Assembly: GCA_001599295.1 (NCBI GenBank)
Contig: BCGN01000009.1
Span: 434,001 to 498,000, forward strand
DNA: 64,000 nt
From: Sporopachydermia quercuum
Lineage: Eukaryota
Reading direction: 5' to 3'
Shown: one piece after another, positions 59,030-64,000 of the stretch
How positions within the stretch are numbered: position 1 is the stretch's first letter
Layout of the letters: the number at the start of each line of letters is the position of its first letter
Translations under genes and position numbers: made by a program
Notes under the pieces: generated by a model
Database searches by the model: none
What the model saw: only the letters and a program-made list of their open reading frames with translations
What the model was told of the DNA's origin: nothing

Positions 59030-59777
59030 TCACTCTAAAGCATATAACCGTTTCTTCACGTCATTGACAATCCATTCAAAGGCATACTTGACTCCCTCTC
59101 CTGTATAAGCACTAGAAGCCAACACTGTAGCTTCGTGACCATTAATTGATGGCAAATGCTTCTTCACAATATTTATTACACCTTCCTTATGTTCAACAAG
59201 ATCTATTTTATTCACAAGGACTAATAAACATGCGCCTTGTAGCCGTTCTTCTAGTAGCACTTGTTTCAACTCTTTAGTGCACTCATCCAACCTTTCCAAA
59301 GCGCTAGCGTCCACTACCCAAATCAAAGCGTCTGTTCGTTCGAAATAGTTATACCAAAAAGGTCTTAGAGTATCTTGCCCGCCAACGTCCCAGATAGTTA
59401 GCCTGAAGCCTTTGAAGGATACTGTTTGAATGTTGAATCCTAATGTTGGTGTTACTTCATGTACGTCTTGTTGTTGTAGTGATCTGATAAGTGTAGTTTT
59501 CCCAGAATTGTCTAAACCGCTGTAAGAAAAGAAAAAAATGTTAGTCGTTGGTTATGAGCATTCATAATTAAACATGATATCATTGGGGTCATTTGTTTTC
59601 GAGTGAATTATGCATTGATAGAACAATTGATATGTTATGAGGACCTTCATAAGTAAAGTATATTGATAGATATGTGCTATAGAATAATGAATGCGTCAAT
59701 CAATGTACTTACAGCATCAGACATCTGATCTCACGATCTTTCAGTTTCTGTTTCCGAATCACTGATAGAAGGCCCAT
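59030..59777 (-). CDS. CIN4: Arf-like GTPase Arl2/Cin4, 2 exons, 184 aa
   Basis: Exon 59777-59713 (MGLLSVIRKQKLKDREIRCLML), intron 59712-59520 (GTAAGT..GACTAAC..CAG), exon 59519-59030 (GLDNSGKTT..WDVGGQDTLRPFWYNYFERTD..NKID). Confidence 0.94.
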
Positions 59778-60765
59778 TTATTAATAGTAGACACTGGTTC
59801 AAATACGTTGAAATAATTGCTTCCCAGTAGTTCCTTCCCTGAAATATTTTGTTCATTCTTTGTTGAAGCGGTAATACATGAATGCGCAAAGAAGAAAGGA
59901 TAAGCAAGAGGTGATGAACTGCATTTATATGTACGATTATGTGGTGATAATGATGGATGCATAAGTGTGCAGGCTTATGCATCATTGAAAATAATGACGT
60001 GATTAGATAATCAAAACCAGGAGTGAAATATTGATTGATATCTGCAAAGAATAGAGTGAAGTAGTGGTTTATTGGATTTGATAGAAGTTGTTATGAAATC
60101 ATTGTTATAAAATAAAAATAAAATAAAATAGAATAGGGTAGGAAAGAGATGACAGGATACGTACTGAAATGCTTATCACAGAATGCTCAGCTTATAGTTT
60201 CTTTCGGTTTAGTATGTTTACTCCAGCACATACGAACTTCCAATAATAATCAATCTTTACTGTCTTTTCATTTGAGAACCTCTAAAAAATCTTCAAACAT
60301 TACTATAAAATCTAGAGATTGCATTTGTTGTAATTTGCTTCCATTATAATATCTTCAGCTTGTGCATATATTCCAATGCTCTCTACAATAATCTGAATAA
60401 GATGGATTATATGCACGATTATGTAGTCTGTGTAACCATTATTCTAAACCTTCTTTCTTATCATGTACTTGTATTGCCATCATATTTCATTTATAGAAAA
60501 CTTATCTAATTCTGTTCATCGATTATTGATGTAGTAAATGATTTATACATTGATGATGAATGCAACAAAAGGGAAAGAGAAAAAAGCTTTATGGAATCGA
60601 AAGTCACACCAGTGTTTATTATATTGTAGCTAGGTCGAAGTAGATGCATAGAACTGGTAACATTATTGGTATTCTCTATCAATAAGCATTACAATAGATA
60701 CCCGACAGCCAAGGTTCATCTACATTATATATTATCAAGACATGATGATGACATGTTAGTGAAAA

Positions 60766-62759
60766 ATGCAACCGCAAGGGAAAGGAAAGGGGAAAATATT
60801 GAAGAGAAAATCGTCTGATAGTAATTTTGGCTCGGGAATAATAGGCTACCTTGAGAGAAGGAAAAAACTACAGCAAGATACAATATGCTGTCCTGTTTGT
60901 GGAGAGGACATTACTCCGTTCACACTGAATGAACGAAATGTTCACGTAGATAACTGTTTGATTGGATCAACGTCCTCGTCAGTAACAGTGTCAGAACTCT
61001 CAACAGAGTATTTAGCAGAGTCGTCAGTGAAGTTGGAAAGAGATTCAGAGGCTATTCAGACAAGTTTTTCGTATGTGAAAGCTGAGGCCTATGTCGAGGA
61101 AAAAACAAACATAATCTTACCAAATTGTATTGTCAAAAAGGAGATAGAGTGGGACAATAAATTTCTTCTCGATAACACTGATACTGATACTGAATACAAC
61201 GATACTGAAGCAGAAAGCTTTAGTAAGGGGGAGCTTGACTTAGAAAGTATCAAAAGTGATGAAATTAAGCATGAAACTGAGAAATCAGTCACTACACCTT
61301 CCTTAAAGTCAAGGAATGGAAGATATGACAAGAAATATGTCCCTGATTTTAAAGTAGTACGTATGCACGAAAAATCCTTTGTAGTTGACTGCTTCAACAA
61401 AGGAAAGGTAGAATATTTAGATCATTACTACTTAAGCCATTTTCATGCAGATCATTACATGGGTTTAAGAAAATCCTGGAATCATGGTTATATCTATTGT
61501 TCACCCATCACAGCAAGATTAATACAGCAAGAACTTTGTGTTGAGCCTCATTATGTAGTGTGCTTGGAAGTTGGTGTGCCGCATATTGTAGATGAGATTG
61601 AAGTCACTTTATTTGATGCTAATCATTGTCCTGGTGCTGTTGTGTTTTTATACAAATATAAAGGACAGAGTGTTCTGCACACTGGTGATTTTAGAGCGTG
61701 TCCTGATCTTGTCACAAGTATCACTTGTCATATAGATCAATTGTATCTGGATACTACATACTTAGATCCAAAGTATGTCTTTCCTGCTCAAAAAAATGTA
61801 ATAGACACCTGTGGAGAATTTTTCGCTGGTCTGAACAACAGAGGTGATACAAAAGGTAAATCCAAGCAGGTTAGACTTATGGATTTGCTTCCATCGATGA
61901 GAAGAAAAAACTTAAAATGTAAAAATAGGTATTTGATTCTGGTTGGCTCTTATACCATAGGAAAAGAGAAATTAGCTATTGGAATAGCTAAAGCTATGGA
62001 AAGTAAGATTTTTTGTGAATGGCGGAAAAGAAAGATATTTAATGCAATAAATGATCCGGAAATCCTTAAACTTCTTACTGGTGATCCTAATGAAGCCTCN
62101 GTTCATATCGTTAGTATGAGAAACTTCAGCGAAAAGGTATTTATATTTGAATTGGGATTGAAGGGAAAAAGCACTGTTTTTGCACTTTTCTAGGGGTTGT
62201 GGTAAGATCTTTACTAACTATGATTTTAGGGTCTTGAAACTTATTACAAGAACCACGAAGAATATTTTACAAATGTTGTAGGTGTGCGTCCAACTGGATG
62301 GTCTTTTTCAAGTCAGGCGTACACTAAAAGTTTTGAGCCTTTAAACCAAAGTCGTTTTGAGATTGAGGATCTTAAAGCTCAAGAAAACGATTTGAAGGTT
62401 GTTCAATTATACAGTGTTCCCTATAGTGAGCATTCTAGTTTTAGAGATCTGCATTACTTCTGCACTTTATTAGACATAGGAGAAATTATCTCGACTGTTA
62501 AGTAAGTCGTTCTGAAAGAAAACGATCTAGGCTGGACAGTAATTCTTGGGTTTTTGTTGCAAATGTGTGTCATGAAGATATTTGACAATCCATTGTGAAT
62601 TAATTGTCCAAACTCGATTCCTTTGACTATTCAGTTTCACTAACTAATTTTTATAGTACCAACTCCTACAGAGGTGTTCAACTTGCTAAACACTGGTTTC
62701 AAAATTGGGAAATTATAAGAAATAATCCAAACAAAGTGGAAAGACTTGAAGATATGTGA
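60766..62759 (+). CDS. PSO2: DNA crosslink repair nuclease Pso2/Snm1 (UBZ zinc finger, MBL and beta-CASP domains), 3 exons, 581 aa
   Basis: CPVC..HVDNC, LSHFHADH, DANHCPG, HTGDFR, YLDTTY, YTIGKEK, PTGW and VPYSEHSSF. Introns 62137-62229 (GTATTT..TACTAAC..TAG) and 62502-62656 (GTAAGT..ACTAAC..TAG). Confidence 0.94.
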
Positions 62760-64000
62760 TCTTCCAGAGAGTTGTGACAGACGGAGATTTTACATATCGA
62801 GGTATCACTCAACCAAAAACAAAGATTTGATGTATAAGGTAAACTTTATCACAAAATAAACTGTCGATCAAGTGGAGGCTAATTACAAAGAACTGATCAT
62901 ATATTTTCACATTTTATTTTTAATACAACCCGTATAGAATAAATATTTGCATATTATGTTTTCATTTATCATAATCAGAGGTTGCTCTGTCTTCCTCTCA
63001 ACATATCAGGTCTCCAGCTCGAATTGTGGGGGGAATGAACATGACGTCTCACCATGTAACCATTTCTTCTTAGCTTCACCCTTTAATTTTGGGGGTTATG
63101 GGTTTAATTTTGTCCCATGCTGGTTGCCACAGCGGTAAAAAGAGTCTAGTCATGACTCGGCGTATAAGCTGAATGAGTATTTTGTTTCAGAGGGTCTCTT
63201 GTCAGGCTTTCCCGAAAGATATAAGATGAGAAGGAGAAGAGCAGAGAAAGATGATATTGGATATACGATGATGGTAGAGCAAATGATAGAGTGTTTGCCC
63301 AGTCAAAAATATATTTTCTACCAAATATAAACAACTAAATGGATCTTCTAGTATCTATTTTACTCTCCTCCTATATGTTTATCGAAAGACAAGAATTTCT
63401 CGCATCTATATCANCTTCAACGCACATACAACTCACTCACACAAACTAAAAACCATGACAATCTCACACATCAACCTCCCACTTGAATGCCAATGGGCAC
63501 AAAGTGATTCTCATTCTATTCACTCTTAGTACAAACAGCAAGAACAAATATCATCTATCTTCCAGTCATTCTCACTTTTTATTATTCCTATCGACGATTA
63601 TATACATTAATCATATAATGAAGATCCTCCTTTTCTCCCTCAATTCCTAGTTTTAAGCTTTCCTCCCATGAACTCCAAAGTTGCCATAGTATCTAGCTTT
63701 TTTTTATAGGGAAAAGAATAAACATAGGCATAAAGCAGGTGTAGTAATAATGTACTACCAAATTGGGCAGACTTCTGTCAAGTTCTTTTTCCACTAGTTT
63801 TTACACAGTTTTGCATAGCAACAAGTTTTTTTTTTCCAACAGTAGAAGCAGGCTGATGGTGATAACTAAAAGAAAAAGCTCTGAAAGTAGTTCCACTCGA
63901 TATAAAACATAAAATAAGGATCTGAATTCGGTTCGATAATTGTTAGGAGATCTGAATTAAGATAGTAACTAGTTGGATTGAAGAGAGAAGTCGTTGTTGA

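Noticed and set aside
12204..59777. Alternative CUG decoding (Ser or Ala)
   Set aside because: CTG falls at conserved Leu positions (Mvd1 KKLNLP, Cdc45 KLVIF, Cin4 KLK and RCLML), and a tRNA-Leu(UAG) is present. The standard code fits.
1..64000. Transposons, CRISPR arrays, rRNA, snRNA or a secondary-metabolite cluster
   Set aside because: No gag/pol/transposase ORF, spaced repeat array or known RNA signature was seen. The enoyl reductase and cupin have no PKS/NRPS neighbour.

Overview
Gene-dense nuclear DNA from a budding yeast (Saccharomycotina) that uses the standard genetic code and has spliceosomal introns in many genes. Scattered N bases are present. I support 21 protein-coding genes: SLC1 (3' end only), a flavocytochrome b2 ending in SKL, YKT6, a Rab7/Ypt11-like GTPase, BXI1, COQ2, MVD1, TUP1, CSM1, a LYAR-type zinc finger, an MDR enoyl reductase, CDC45, an EutQ-like cupin, an MNN1/MNT mannosyltransferase, MTC5, ERG27, SAC6, an SDR, a two-OB-fold Cdc13/Pot1-like protein, RIM11, CIN4 and PSO2. 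There is also an intron-containing tRNA-Leu(UAG). Exon structures were rebuilt by hand and give intact reading frames. Most interesting: (1) a ~470-aa putative telomere ssDNA-binding protein with both Cdc13-DBD and Pot1-like motifs, whose 3' end overlaps the convergent SDR gene; (2) two kb-sized introns (ERG27 1399 nt, SAC6 1300 nt) among 63-193 nt introns, both with TCCG clusters just before the branch point, and ERG27 with a long-range closing stem; (3) a CCG/CGG-saturated domain running through MTC5 and its flanks; (4) a repeated 16-bp palindrome near the EutQ-like gene; (5) a probably peroxisomal cytochrome b2. Family calls come from recognised motifs and recalled sequences; no database search was run. 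No transposon or CRISPR was found.
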